Shown here: in pieces, positions 50,872 through 60,543 of the stretch | Layout of the letters: each line of letters starts with the position of its first letter | Numbering within the stretch: position 1 is the first letter of the stretch | DNA from: Dehalococcoidia bacterium | GTDB taxonomy: Bacteria; Chloroflexota; Dehalococcoidia; Plut-88900 | Direction: 5' to 3' | Assembly: GCA_965249275.1 (NCBI GenBank) | Contig: CBDFLQ010000005.1 | Coordinates: 160,001-224,000, forward strand | Length of the DNA: 64,000 bases | Notes under the pieces: model-generated | Database searches by the model: none | Seen by the model: only the letters and a program-made list of their open reading frames with translations | What the model was told of the DNA's origin: nothing | Program-made: the position numbers and the translations under genes

Positions 50872-51558
50872 TTATTCTTCTACCTTTGTGACCGGCTTTG
50901 ACAACTTTTCCTTCAACGGATTTGTTGGCCTGACGGGATACAAAGAGTCTAGGCTTTCCAATTCCGAGAGCACCTTCACCAAAGCACGACGCGTGGTAGG
51001 CCTGCAACCCTGTATCGCCTTAATCAGTTCCCGAACGGTTTTGTCGCTAGTCTCCTTCTTATTTTGTGCGAAGTCGTTTTGCGCATAGTTGATGGAAAAC
51101 TTATCCATGCTGGTCAGCGACCCGAATTTGGGACGCCACCAAGTGGGACACAAATTCAGAAGGTCGACTTCTTCCCTAACCGTAATCACCACCACGTCAA
51201 CGCCTCGCTTGCGTAGAGTATCCAATTTCCGGCATTTCTCTTCGCTGGGCGGACTGCTGACAACCACTTCGATGATTCTGAGCGGCTTGACTTCGTCGTC
51301 GCCGTAGAGGATGAGATCAGGCACGATGCCTCCCACACTGTCCCACTCCGGGTCTGGAACCTTGACACTCCCAACTCCGGCCCGCAGGTCGTGCGACAGC
51401 TCCCCGTCCGGTTCAAGTCTCGCCCGAATCTCCTCTCCCCTATCTAAGTCAGGGCGCGTCAACTCGTCGTAGAGCAGAGCTACAGCCCGTTCGTGCAGAG
51501 CACTGACAGGCCAAGCCTGCGTTCCGACATTCCTGGCCATGTCCCCGTTCTCGCTCAT
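50872..51558 (-). CDS. Hypothetical protein with a PD-(D/E)xK nuclease-like motif
   Basis: S.LHE.A...L, then VPDLIL...IIEVVVS. Lower GC than its neighbours, with a GGAGG RBS. Confidence 0.6.
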   Translation of the reverse strand: MSENGDMARNVGTQAWPVSALHERAVALLYDELTRPDLDRGEEIRARLEPDGELSHDLRAGVGSVKVPDPEWDSVGGIVPDLILYGDDEVKPLRIIEVVVSSPPSEEKCRKLDTLRKRGVDVVVITVREEVDLLNLCPTWWRPKFGSLTSMDKFSINYAQNDFAQNKKETSDKTVRELIKAIQGCRPTTRRALVKVLSELESLDSLYPVRPTNPLKEKLSKPVTKVEE

Positions 51559-51575
51559 TGGGATACCCCCCTCCC

Positions 51576-52826
51576 CTACTTCTCCTGGTTGCACCAGTCC
51601 ATCGCCGCCAGGGCATACGTCTTCGCCAGCTGCACCATGCTCGGCACTATGACGTAGGAGTCGGGCTCACCCTTCTGGTCCCGGCCGTTCTCGGCGCCCA
51701 TCAGGCACACTGGAATACCCGCCTCCCAAATGTGGCAGCTGTCGTTGCCCGCATAGGATTGGGTCAGTATCGCCCCTATCTTGTCCGGCGCCCGACCCGA
51801 AACCTTACGGTAGGCCTTCTCCAGGTTCTGCACTATCACGTTGTCTTTGGGCACGTCCATCGGGTTCATGAACACCGTCATCACCTTGTACTCCGGCGGC
51901 ACCGGCGTCACGATTTCGTACTCGAAGGTCGGGTCCTCTTCCTTGATCTTGCTCAGTGCCCGGTCAAGGTCTGCCTTGACCGTCACGTGCGACTGCCCAG
52001 GCACGATCCTCGCATCGACTATCACCGTGCAGTAGTCACAGGTGAAGTTCGGCCCTTTCAGGTCGTGGTTCCTCCCCCTCCCCCCGATTATCGTCCCAGC
52101 GATAATCCGTGGCAGATCGGGCAGGTCGGGCCTGTGCTCGTAGGTGAATTCTACGTTCTTGATTGCCGGTATGGCCTTTGTCATCATCTCCAGGGCGTCG
52201 ACGGCCAGATGAGAGCGGCTCACGTGCTGCGACTGCCCGACGGTGCTGATAGCCAGCTCCACGACTCCTGCGTGAGTCGTCATTATGTTGTCTCCGTCGC
52301 CCGTGGGCTCCGCGACATACGCTCCGTCAGTTCTCAGTCCTTGGTTCAAGGCGTAGACCGTCCCCACCCCTCCCTGTAGCTCCCCGACAACGCACGCCAC
52401 GACAAGGTCGCCCTTCATCGGGGCCTTGGCCTTCCGAATAGCCTCGGCAGCGGTGATGATCGCCGTCACGCCGCCCTTCATGTTGTTGATCCCAGCACCG
52501 TACAGCCGGTCCCCTTCCCAACTGGGAGTGAACGGCTCCCGCACCCAGCCCATCGCCAGCGGGTCGATGTCTATGTGCCCGTTCAGCATCAGGCTCTTGC
52601 CCCCACCCGACCCCTTCAGCGTCGCTATCGTCTGATACCGACCCGGCTCCACTTCCTGCAAATCTACCTCATACCCTCTGCGACGGAAGAACCCGGCCAG
52701 GAACCTTGCAACTTTCTGCTCTTCCGTCTTGAAGCTAGGCATGGAGATCAGGTCGCTGGCCAGCTTGACTGTCTGCTCGGTCTTGATCTGACGAAGGACG
52801 CGTTCCTCGACCGCTTGGTCAACCAT
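51576..52826 (-). CDS. M20/ArgE-like metallohydrolase, paralog 3
   Basis: Same motifs as paralogs 1 and 2. RBS GGGAGGT before ATG 52826. Confidence 0.9.
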   Translation of the reverse strand: MVDQAVEERVLRQIKTEQTVKLASDLISMPSFKTEEQKVARFLAGFFRRRGYEVDLQEVEPGRYQTIATLKGSGGGKSLMLNGHIDIDPLAMGWVREPFTPSWEGDRLYGAGINNMKGGVTAIITAAEAIRKAKAPMKGDLVVACVVGELQGGVGTVYALNQGLRTDGAYVAEPTGDGDNIMTTHAGVVELAISTVGQSQHVSRSHLAVDALEMMTKAIPAIKNVEFTYEHRPDLPDLPRIIAGTIIGGRGRNHDLKGPNFTCDYCTVIVDARIVPGQSHVTVKADLDRALSKIKEEDPTFEYEIVTPVPPEYKVMTVFMNPMDVPKDNVIVQNLEKAYRKVSGRAPDKIGAILTQSYAGNDSCHIWEAGIPVCLMGAENGRDQKGEPDSYVIVPSMVQLAKTYALAAMDWCNQEK

Positions 52827-52961
52827 TCTTACCTCCCGAGACACATGGGTTCTTTAGGAAGAAGGACTGTTTGCCCTTCTCAAGGACGAGGCGAGTATAT
52901 TATCAGCCCCGACCACAAACAAGCCGAAACGCCACTCCACCCCCGTAGGTGCACCCCCTAG

Positions 52962-54617
52962 GAGCCTGTCTCACAAGTGGGGTGGGGTGTGGCAAGAGTG
53001 AAGGGCTAGATGGGGTGTCATTTGAGCAATGATCGGTCACGACGACTCATGCCGGGTGGCCGATGATTGAGTTGCGCACCAGCGATGGGATGAGATTGCG
53101 GCCCCATATGCGGGTTGTCCGGCCGTGCCATACCCGCCACAGGGTGCGCAGATTGAAGGCCGAGGCCAACAGGCCCCACTCGGCGGCCACGTTGTTGAGG
53201 CCCCGCAGCAGGAACCTACGCGCCGCCTGTTGCTCTTTGATGATCCCGAACACCGGCTCTACCAGCCCCTTCCTGCGACGGTACAACTCTCTGGCTTCAT
53301 CGCTGCCCATCCAGGACCGATGACGACGCAAGGCTGTGTCGTGGGGCCCTATCTCAAGCCCTCGCCCATGTCGGCCGTCCCTCGTACACACCCCGAAGAC
53401 CGGGCACCCTCGGCAGATGGCCCCCGAGGCCCGGTAGAGCCTCATCGGCATCCCACGGGTGCGCTTGATTCGGGTGAAGCGTAGTCGTTGTCCTTGCGGA
53501 CAGATGTAGCTGTCGGTATCCTCATCGTAGGCGAATCGGTCCTTGTGATAGGGGCGGCCCAGTGCCCGACGCTGTGCCTCAGGCATCACAACTTTCTGCT
53601 CTCTGCGCCCACACTGCTGCAGATTGCTCCCTGAGTGATAGCCCGCATCGGCCAGCGTCGTCTCAGACCTGAGGCCGGTGGTCTCCTCCGCCCTCTGAAG
53701 CATTGGAACGAGTTGGGAATGGTCGTCGGGATCATCGGCTACCTCTACTGCAGTGATCAACATGCCCTTCCCGCCTGTGTCGGTCTTCGTCGGCGATACC
53801 ATCGCCTGTGCGTTGTAGCAGGGCGCTATCCCCCGGCGAGTCCTCATCAGACGTGCGTCTTTATCCGTGAGGTTTATCTGTTTGATCTCACTGCGCTCCG
53901 AGAGTTCGTCCATAGCTCGGCGCACCTTCTCTCTCAGCGCCGTCTTCTCGGTCAACTCATCAGGCAGATGGACGGGTGCGGCATCCTCCCCCGTCTCGTT
54001 CTCAGCCTCCAGTTCCTTCAGCGACTGCTCCACACGCCTCAGCAGACGCTCCAATCCTTCTCCATCCAGGCTCCTGTCTCCCGTCGCATTCGCACCCACC
54101 TTCGTGCCGTCCACTGCCTGCAGCGTCAGGTCGATAAGGTCCATCCCGAGCGCCGTTTGCACTGTGCGCTTCAGCAGTTTACGCATCGACTGGCGATTGC
54201 TCTTGTAAAACCTCCACAGCGTGTTGTGATCTGGACGCTGCCATCCCGTCAACCATAGATACGGTATCTGGTCACGGCAGGCCCCCTCCAGCTTGCGGCT
54301 CGACCTTACCCCCGTCATGAATCCGTACAGCCACACCCCCAACATTGCCCTGGGATGGTACGCCGGCGCTCCCGTCCAGCTTCCGTCAATGTCTACTCCC
54401 ATCTCTGCCCAGTCCTCCCGTCCCAGTGCATCGACGAACTCCGCCACGAACCGCACAGGATGATCTTCCGGCACCATCTCATCCAGGGTCGGTGGCAGCA
54501 TCCACACCTGCTCTCGTCCCATCGGTCTCAGTGGCATCTCCATAACCTCCACTCAGAGCTTCTCCCCTCCTAGTTTACCCTCATGCATAAACCTCCACTC
54601 CCTTTTGAGACAGGCTC
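52962..54617 (-). mobile_element. IS1182-family insertion sequence, 1656 bp
   Basis: Terminal IRs GAGCCTGTCTCACAAG / CTTTTGAGACAGGCTC (15 of 16 match). 5-bp direct repeat CCTAG at 52957-52961 and 54618-54622. Confidence 0.92.
53047..54552 (-). CDS. IS1182 family transposase
   Basis: G.PAYHP..ML, SSRKLE, PDHNT, VDGTK..ANA, TD.DA, YNAQ, LADAGY and VEPVFG.IK motifs. Confidence 0.95.
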   Translation of the reverse strand: MEVMEMPLRPMGREQVWMLPPTLDEMVPEDHPVRFVAEFVDALGREDWAEMGVDIDGSWTGAPAYHPRAMLGVWLYGFMTGVRSSRKLEGACRDQIPYLWLTGWQRPDHNTLWRFYKSNRQSMRKLLKRTVQTALGMDLIDLTLQAVDGTKVGANATGDRSLDGEGLERLLRRVEQSLKELEAENETGEDAAPVHLPDELTEKTALREKVRRAMDELSERSEIKQINLTDKDARLMRTRRGIAPCYNAQAMVSPTKTDTGGKGMLITAVEVADDPDDHSQLVPMLQRAEETTGLRSETTLADAGYHSGSNLQQCGRREQKVVMPEAQRRALGRPYHKDRFAYDEDTDSYICPQGQRLRFTRIKRTRGMPMRLYRASGAICRGCPVFGVCTRDGRHGRGLEIGPHDTALRRHRSWMGSDEARELYRRRKGLVEPVFGIIKEQQAARRFLLRGLNNVAAEWGLLASAFNLRTLWRVWHGRTTRIWGRNLIPSLVRNSIIGHPA

Positions 54618-54618
54618 C

Positions 54619-54990
54619 CTAGCGGTTGCTCGTCCCTTCAGCTCCATCCAACTCCACGGCCTGCCGGATTATCCCTCCAAGGGCCGGTGCCTCCAGGTCC
54701 TCCACACTCCTGAGCTTCACGTGCCTCATCCGCTTCCCCGTGCCCTCGATCAAACCGTCGGGGTTCGGGAGCAAGGCTCCTTGCCACAGCCCCAGGGTAA
54801 CGTATTTGTCCGCCTGTGAAGCTATGTAGAAGATCCTAACCTTCTTTTCAAAGAACGGGTTGCCCCACTTAATCGACTCCCGTAAGTCGAGCCCAGCCTC
54901 CAGGAACATCCGACGTAGCTCTACTGCCAGAGGCCTCAGCCGCGTATCCACCTCAACCAACCAGTCGTCAAAACTCTTCTTAGACGGCAT
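54619..54990 (-). CDS. DUF1801 (YdhG-like) protein
   Basis: ESIKWGNP, VTLG...GA.L and EGTGK.MRHVK motifs. Confidence 0.9.
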   Translation of the reverse strand: MPSKKSFDDWLVEVDTRLRPLAVELRRMFLEAGLDLRESIKWGNPFFEKKVRIFYIASQADKYVTLGLWQGALLPNPDGLIEGTGKRMRHVKLRSVEDLEAPALGGIIRQAVELDGAEGTSNR

Positions 54991-55007
54991 AGTCGTATCC
55001 CTGTGCC

Positions 55008-55967
55008 CTATTTCGTGCCGGGAACCAGCGTGAGCAGGAACTGCAGCACCAGGTTGGCAGCGAGAAGCGAGGTTATTTCAGAAATATCGTAGGCGGGAGC
55101 CACCTCCACGATATCAAACCCAACCGCCCCGATACCCCTCAGGCTCTTGACCAGGGCCATCGCTTCCCGGCTGGTGAGCCCCGCCACCTCCGGGGTCCCG
55201 GTTCCCGGGGCGAAACCAGGGTCCACGCTGTCGATGTCGTAGGAGATGTGCACCGGACGACCCTTTGTGGCCGACCTTATCTTCTCGATAGTGGCATCGA
55301 CACCCGTGTGCCAGAACTCCTCGCCCGTGATCACGGTAATGCCCGCGGCCTTTACCTCCTCGACTATCCCCATTGAGGGCCGTCCCCGTATCCCCACCTG
55401 CACTGACGTCGCCGGGTCCATGATCCCCTCATCCGAGGCGATGCGGAACATGGAGCCGTGGTGTATAGGCATATCCTTGGGCGGCTCCCAGAAGTCGGGG
55501 TGTGCATCGAAATGGACGAGGGATATCTTCCCGTGCTTCTTGTACAGCGCCCTCAGAATAGGAAGAGAAACCGTGTGGTCTCCCCCGAGGCACACCGGGA
55601 AGACGTCCTGGGAGATGATATCCGTGACGACAACCTCTATGCGCCTGACCGCCTCTTCAATGTACCCATAGGTGAGTTCGATATCTCCATAATCTACGAT
55701 GCGGAGGCTCTTGAAGGGCTCGGTCAGCTCCGCCGCCTCCAGCCCGTGCTGCCCGACGTGCATGGACGCAGTACGTATACCCCTAGGCCCGAACCTCGCC
55801 CCCGAGCGAATGATGGTCCCCAAATCCAGCGGAAGCCCGACTATCGCCACGTCGGCTTTGGACAGGTCCCGGCTCCCGGGAATCTGCATAAAGGTGCTTG
55901 GGCTCCCGTATCGGGGCCCGTTTTGCCACGCTTCAGGCATCAATCGATTTTCTTCAGTGTTACCCAT
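55008..55967 (-). CDS. Agmatinase-like ureohydrolase
   Basis: GARFGP..IR, GGDH, HFDAHPD and SYDIDSVDP..APGTGTPE motifs. Confidence 0.92.
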   Translation of the reverse strand: MGNTEENRLMPEAWQNGPRYGSPSTFMQIPGSRDLSKADVAIVGLPLDLGTIIRSGARFGPRGIRTASMHVGQHGLEAAELTEPFKSLRIVDYGDIELTYGYIEEAVRRIEVVVTDIISQDVFPVCLGGDHTVSLPILRALYKKHGKISLVHFDAHPDFWEPPKDMPIHHGSMFRIASDEGIMDPATSVQVGIRGRPSMGIVEEVKAAGITVITGEEFWHTGVDATIEKIRSATKGRPVHISYDIDSVDPGFAPGTGTPEVAGLTSREAMALVKSLRGIGAVGFDIVEVAPAYDISEITSLLAANLVLQFLLTLVPGTK

Positions 55968-56085
55968 AAACCATTACTCCGGTTCTTGTCTGGTCACTTC
56001 CGGCATCGTTGCCGGAGATGTTAGCATATCGCTGGAACATCCCGGTGCCGTGCGACTAGAGGTGGACAAACTCAGGAGGTGACCC

Positions 56086-57216
56086 ATGGCAACTTCTCTT
56101 ATTGGAAGCTACGTTTCTGCGGATGGACACGTCGTGGAACCGAAGGATCTGTTCTCTTCCCGCATGGACCCGAAGCTCGTGGAAAAGGCCCCTCACATCG
56201 AGTCCCGGGACTCCGGCGACTTCTATGTCATGGAAGGCTTCGGAGAATTCGCCATCGGCCTTTCCGGCGAGGGCAGTGCAGCCACAGACAAAGCCGAGGG
56301 CAAGGAAATCCACATGGCTGGCCTCCGCTATGATGACACCCGACCCGGCGCCTGGGATCCCGCCGCACGGCTCAAAGATCAGGACCTGGACGGCATCCGC
56401 GCCGAGGTCATGTACCCCGGTGTCTTTGGCCTCTGGTGCTATAACGCCTCCGACGCCGACCTACACATCGAAATCGTCCGCGTCTATAACGACTGGATCG
56501 CCGAGTTCAGCGCCTCCGCCCCCGACCGCCTGGTTGGCGTCGGCATCCTGCCTATGAGAGGTTCGACCGAAAGCAAAGTCGCCGAAGTGGAAAGGGTCGC
56601 CAAGCTTGGGCTCAAGTCAGTGATGCTTCCCCTGGAAGTGGAGGGCGGCTACGTCAACATGGAGGGTGGCGACCGGCTTTGGGCTGCCCTTCAGGACGTC
56701 GGGCTGCCCCTCGGATTTCACGTCGGCTCCAGCACCAAGTCGGTCAGCGCTGACAAGTACCGGAGCCTGGGAGTAGGCGTAGCCGTAATCGAGCAGAAGA
56801 TCTGCGCCGTGGCCCGTGGCCTCACCGACCTCATCCTCTCCGGCGTCCCCCAGTCCTTCCCCGGCCTCCGGTTCGTCATGGCCGAGGGCGGCATCGGCTG
56901 GATACCTTCAGTCCTACGTCTCAACGACCACTGGTGGGAAGACCACCGGCACTGGATGGAGCCCAAGCTGGAAGAGGCGCCGAGCAGCTACTTCTTCCGC
57001 CAGTTCTGGGCCACTTTCGAAGACGACCGCGCCGGCCTCCTCACCCGGGAACTCCTCAACGTCGACCACCTGATGTGGGGGTCCGACTACCCCCACCCCG
57101 AGGGTGTCTTCCCCTTCTCAAGACAGCAGATCGCCAAGGACTTCCACGACATCCCCGAACATGAAACGGTAAAGATCGTCGGCGACAACGCAGCGGCGCT
57201 GTACGGCCTGAATTAG
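56086..57216 (+). CDS. Amidohydrolase_2 family protein
   Basis: SADGHVVEP, RL.DQD.DG...EV.YP, YNDW, FH, EGGIGW.P and MWGSDYPH motifs. Confidence 0.9.
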   Translation: MATSLIGSYVSADGHVVEPKDLFSSRMDPKLVEKAPHIESRDSGDFYVMEGFGEFAIGLSGEGSAATDKAEGKEIHMAGLRYDDTRPGAWDPAARLKDQDLDGIRAEVMYPGVFGLWCYNASDADLHIEIVRVYNDWIAEFSASAPDRLVGVGILPMRGSTESKVAEVERVAKLGLKSVMLPLEVEGGYVNMEGGDRLWAALQDVGLPLGFHVGSSTKSVSADKYRSLGVGVAVIEQKICAVARGLTDLILSGVPQSFPGLRFVMAEGGIGWIPSVLRLNDHWWEDHRHWMEPKLEEAPSSYFFRQFWATFEDDRAGLLTRELLNVDHLMWGSDYPHPEGVFPFSRQQIAKDFHDIPEHETVKIVGDNAAALYGLN

Positions 57217-57243
57217 GATCTCCATCCGTAAACTTGGGGAACT

Positions 57244-57308
57244 GCTCGCCCTAAGCCTGTCGAAGGGTCGAGCGTAAGCGCATGCCTAGTGCGTCATTCC
57301 TGCGGAGG
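57244..57308 (+). repeat. Composite REP-like cluster
   Basis: Shares both 16-mers with 34461-34535. Confidence 0.8.
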
Positions 57309-57412
57309 GCACATTTGTGCCTCTGGTATACAGGCTGCAAGTACGCCAAGCTGAAAGTTTTCCTCCGGCGGAGCGTGAGCCCATCCCCCCACTTGTATGC
57401 TACCCTCAACGC

Positions 57413-59569
57413 ATGAGAACTGCTTCCTTGGCCCTCCTTTTCCTCATCGCCGCCGCCCTCCTCTCAGCCTGCTCCACCGACCCGACGCCCACACTCATAC
57501 TCACACGCACAGCCACTTCCCCGTCCCCCACCCCTGTGCTGCCGGACACGCCAACACCCGTGCGTGCCGTTCCCCACATCCCAATCCCGACCAGGGAACC
57601 CACGCCGACGCCTAATGTACAGTCCACCTTGCCAACCCTCACACCCACGCCGAGCACCAGCGGAGAGGCGCGCGCTCTCCTTGCGTCGGGTGCAGCGGCC
57701 CTCAGCGAAGCCAAAGGTGCCGCCTTTCAAATAGACGCCACACTTCAAGCCGGGACCGAAAACTTTTCCATTAATTATTCGGGGGACTTTGCTGTAATAC
57801 AGTACGTTTCCACAATTGCCACCGTGACAACTCCTGAGGGAAACGTATTCAAGAGTCGCATAATCTCAGGATTCCACGAGTTCTATTTTTTCAATGAGAC
57901 GACTCGAGAGTGGGAATCTTCAGACTATAGGGACGCGCCGTTTGTCACCAACATTGGCGCCCTTTTCGGATGGCGATGGGATATGCTTACCGGCTTGTCC
58001 CTCGGAGACCGAAAGACAATTGAGGGCGTTGAGTCTCAGGCGGTGTCGGGCCGACTGGATTCGCTACAGTTTAGTGGCCATCGTGGAGACTTTGAAGCTA
58101 CTTATTGGTTCGGCGTGGAAGACAACCATTTGAGGAAGGTCTCTCTATCGGGCATCATCCAACTCGACGAAGAATATTCAATTGTTGGTGTCGACGCTCA
58201 GCCCGGGGCCCAATTGTCCTTGGAATTGACCGCCCGAGTGTTCGATCACGGCAAAAGAGTTCCCGTGCTTACACCGGACCCCTACTTTCCTGTCTATTCC
58301 GGTCACAAGGGGATACTGCTGGACGACGGCCGGGTCCTTATGGCGGGAGGATTTACCGGCTTCGTAGCCAACAACAACCTCATCATTCCCTCTCCTGTCG
58401 GTCCCGTCCAGATATACAACCCATCCACTGAAGAATGGGCTTTATTAGAGCCTATCGAAGGCCCAGGACTGCTCTATTCCATAGTCGAGCTGGTCGATAA
58501 GAAAATTCTCATGGTCGGAATGCGCAGTGACGAAGAAGGCGAAGTTGTCCCTATGGCCTCTTTGTTCGATGCCGCCTCGGACTCTTGGACCGCCGCCCCG
58601 CGGCCCACTGCCCTGAGAGCCCAACCTAACTTACTGCTGCTTCAGGACGGACGCGTCCTGATGACCGGAGGATGGGCCGTCACCGATAACGATGCCATGT
58701 TCTTCGCCGATCCCGAAAACTTGAACTCATCCGAGATTTTTGAACCCTCCACCGGACTATGGACGCAAGCGGCGCCCACTCACAAGGTGATGGAAGGACA
58801 GAGGTTATCCTTATTGGAAGACGGCCGCGTCCTGGCGATCGGGACGGCAGGGGATGCATATGCCCCGACATCTCATGCAGAAGTATATGATCCCGCAACG
58901 GACGAATGGAGCGTCTTGGAAAGCTTGGACCCCCACTATGTGCCCACCAATGTGGTCAGACTCGCCGATGGAAGGCTGCTGGTGACGGGCGATTACACCG
59001 CAACGGATAATGCGAGCATCGTACATCGCGCTGCTGGAGTAGTCACTCTCCAGCTTCCCGACGGTACCCTCCTAACCTTTGAGTATGACGACACCGGGAT
59101 ACAATCTGTCCAGCTTCCCGACGGCACCCGAATATCCAATGCGGACTTCGGGGCCCGGTTCTTTGGGGCTAAGTTGTATGATCCCTCCATCGACCTTTGG
59201 GCCCCCGCGGGAATGACGGCCCCTGCTGGACTGATGATCCACCCACGAGAGGCAGCCACTTTGACCCTACTATCCGACGGACGAATACTAGCCGCTGGAG
59301 GGGTGAAAGTGGTTCTACCGTGGAGATTCTTCCGCACTCAAGACCCTTCTAGCGAAGACCCAACATTGATCTCCTTCACCGAAATCTTCGATCCGGTTAC
59401 CGGTCTGTGGTCATTGGGGCCTGAGCTCTCCGAACCGCGAGTGGACCACTCTGCAACCGCGCTGCCCGATGGACGCGTGTTGATTGCCGGCGGCATCGGC
59501 TTAACTCGGACAGAGAACCCGGAGATTTATCCGCTGGCTGCGTCCGAAGTTATAGACCCTAACCCTTAA
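57413..59569 (+). CDS. Lipoprotein with Pro/Thr linker, LolA/LppX-like region and kelch-repeat beta-propeller
   Basis: Lipobox LSAC. Repeated L.DGRVL..GG...E.YDP.T..W units. The LppX-like call is tentative. Confidence 0.8.
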   Translation: MRTASLALLFLIAAALLSACSTDPTPTLILTRTATSPSPTPVLPDTPTPVRAVPHIPIPTREPTPTPNVQSTLPTLTPTPSTSGEARALLASGAAALSEAKGAAFQIDATLQAGTENFSINYSGDFAVIQYVSTIATVTTPEGNVFKSRIISGFHEFYFFNETTREWESSDYRDAPFVTNIGALFGWRWDMLTGLSLGDRKTIEGVESQAVSGRLDSLQFSGHRGDFEATYWFGVEDNHLRKVSLSGIIQLDEEYSIVGVDAQPGAQLSLELTARVFDHGKRVPVLTPDPYFPVYSGHKGILLDDGRVLMAGGFTGFVANNNLIIPSPVGPVQIYNPSTEEWALLEPIEGPGLLYSIVELVDKKILMVGMRSDEEGEVVPMASLFDAASDSWTAAPRPTALRAQPNLLLLQDGRVLMTGGWAVTDNDAMFFADPENLNSSEIFEPSTGLWTQAAPTHKVMEGQRLSLLEDGRVLAIGTAGDAYAPTSHAEVYDPATDEWSVLESLDPHYVPTNVVRLADGRLLVTGDYTATDNASIVHRAAGVVTLQLPDGTLLTFEYDDTGIQSVQLPDGTRISNADFGARFFGAKLYDPSIDLWAPAGMTAPAGLMIHPREAATLTLLSDGRILAAGGVKVVLPWRFFRTQDPSSEDPTLISFTEIFDPVTGLWSLGPELSEPRVDHSATALPDGRVLIAGGIGLTRTENPEIYPLAASEVIDPNP

Positions 59570-59604
59570 TTTCCTAAAACCCTATATAGCCTAATGAACA
59601 GGCT

Positions 59605-60438
59605 CTAAGGCCGCCAAGCCTCGGGAATCGGGCCGCTGGGCGGGTATCCACCCTGGTCGTCGTGGGTCTCCTCTCCAACCAGCGGAGGATTGAACACGCT
59701 CATCAGGTAGAAATCGGTGTTCGCCTGTATCTGGTGCCGGTCCTTGGGCCCGACTACGTATACCGTCCCCGGGGCAAGGTCCCACTCCTCCCCTGTCGTC
59801 TGGTCCTTCACAGAACCTTCGCCCTCCAGGATGTAGTTAGCCTCCACGTGGTTCTGGTACCAGAGGACAGTGCTCTTGCCCGCAGGGGCGCGGGGCGTAG
59901 ATATTGTGAAGCCGCACCCGTCTTCCTGGGTGAGGTATCGATAGGCGTTCGCGCGGCCGTGGCCTATTACGATTACCGGGATGTCTTCCAGTCTTTTCAC
60001 GTACATAGTTCGGCCCGCATCACCCTGCCAGGCAGGGGGGATATCGCCGGTTGGGGGGAAGGCGCCGTCCGCGTCGTGTCTCTCATTACCCATCACGGCG
60101 GGGCTGAAAATACTGACCAAGTGGACATCAGTCTTGGCCGTTAGACGATGTCTATCCTTAGGCCCGACCACGTACAGTCCTCCGTCCTCCAGGTCCCAAC
60201 TATTGCCGTTGCTCAGGTCTGTCACCTCGATGACCCCTTTGATGATCAGATTCCCCTCCACGTGGTTCTTGTAGTGAAGGTCGATGGAGAATCCCGCCGA
60301 GAAACGGACGTCGGCAAGGGAGAAGCCGCAACCGTCGGCCTTAGTCAGGAGACGCCTGGCATGCAACACCTTGTCGCCGTCGCGTCGCACCATCTCTTTG
60401 TCGGTCCCGGCCAGATCATCCAGCCTTCTTGCGAACAT
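59605..60438 (-). CDS. Tandem two-domain ectoine synthase-like cupin, copy A (277 aa)
   Basis: Two repeats of D..GFS/T...Y.NHVE...G..Y......DRH...F.P...G.E.HD..G.(Y/F)P. GGAGG RBS. Confidence 0.88.
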   Translation of the reverse strand: MFARRLDDLAGTDKEMVRRDGDKVLHARRLLTKADGCGFSLADVRFSAGFSIDLHYKNHVEGNLIIKGVIEVTDLSNGNSWDLEDGGLYVVGPKDRHRLTAKTDVHLVSIFSPAVMGNERHDADGAFPPTGDIPPAWQGDAGRTMYVKRLEDIPVIVIGHGRANAYRYLTQEDGCGFTISTPRAPAGKSTVLWYQNHVEANYILEGEGSVKDQTTGEEWDLAPGTVYVVGPKDRHQIQANTDFYLMSVFNPPLVGEETHDDQGGYPPSGPIPEAWRP

Positions 60439-60543
60439 AATTGCACCTCCAAATGATGTGGCCGCTCATATGTCGACCCCCCAGCGGAGGATCTTGGGCA
60501 GTACGAGCGGCCACCTGGTCCGCGGAATTTTCTGCCTATCGCG

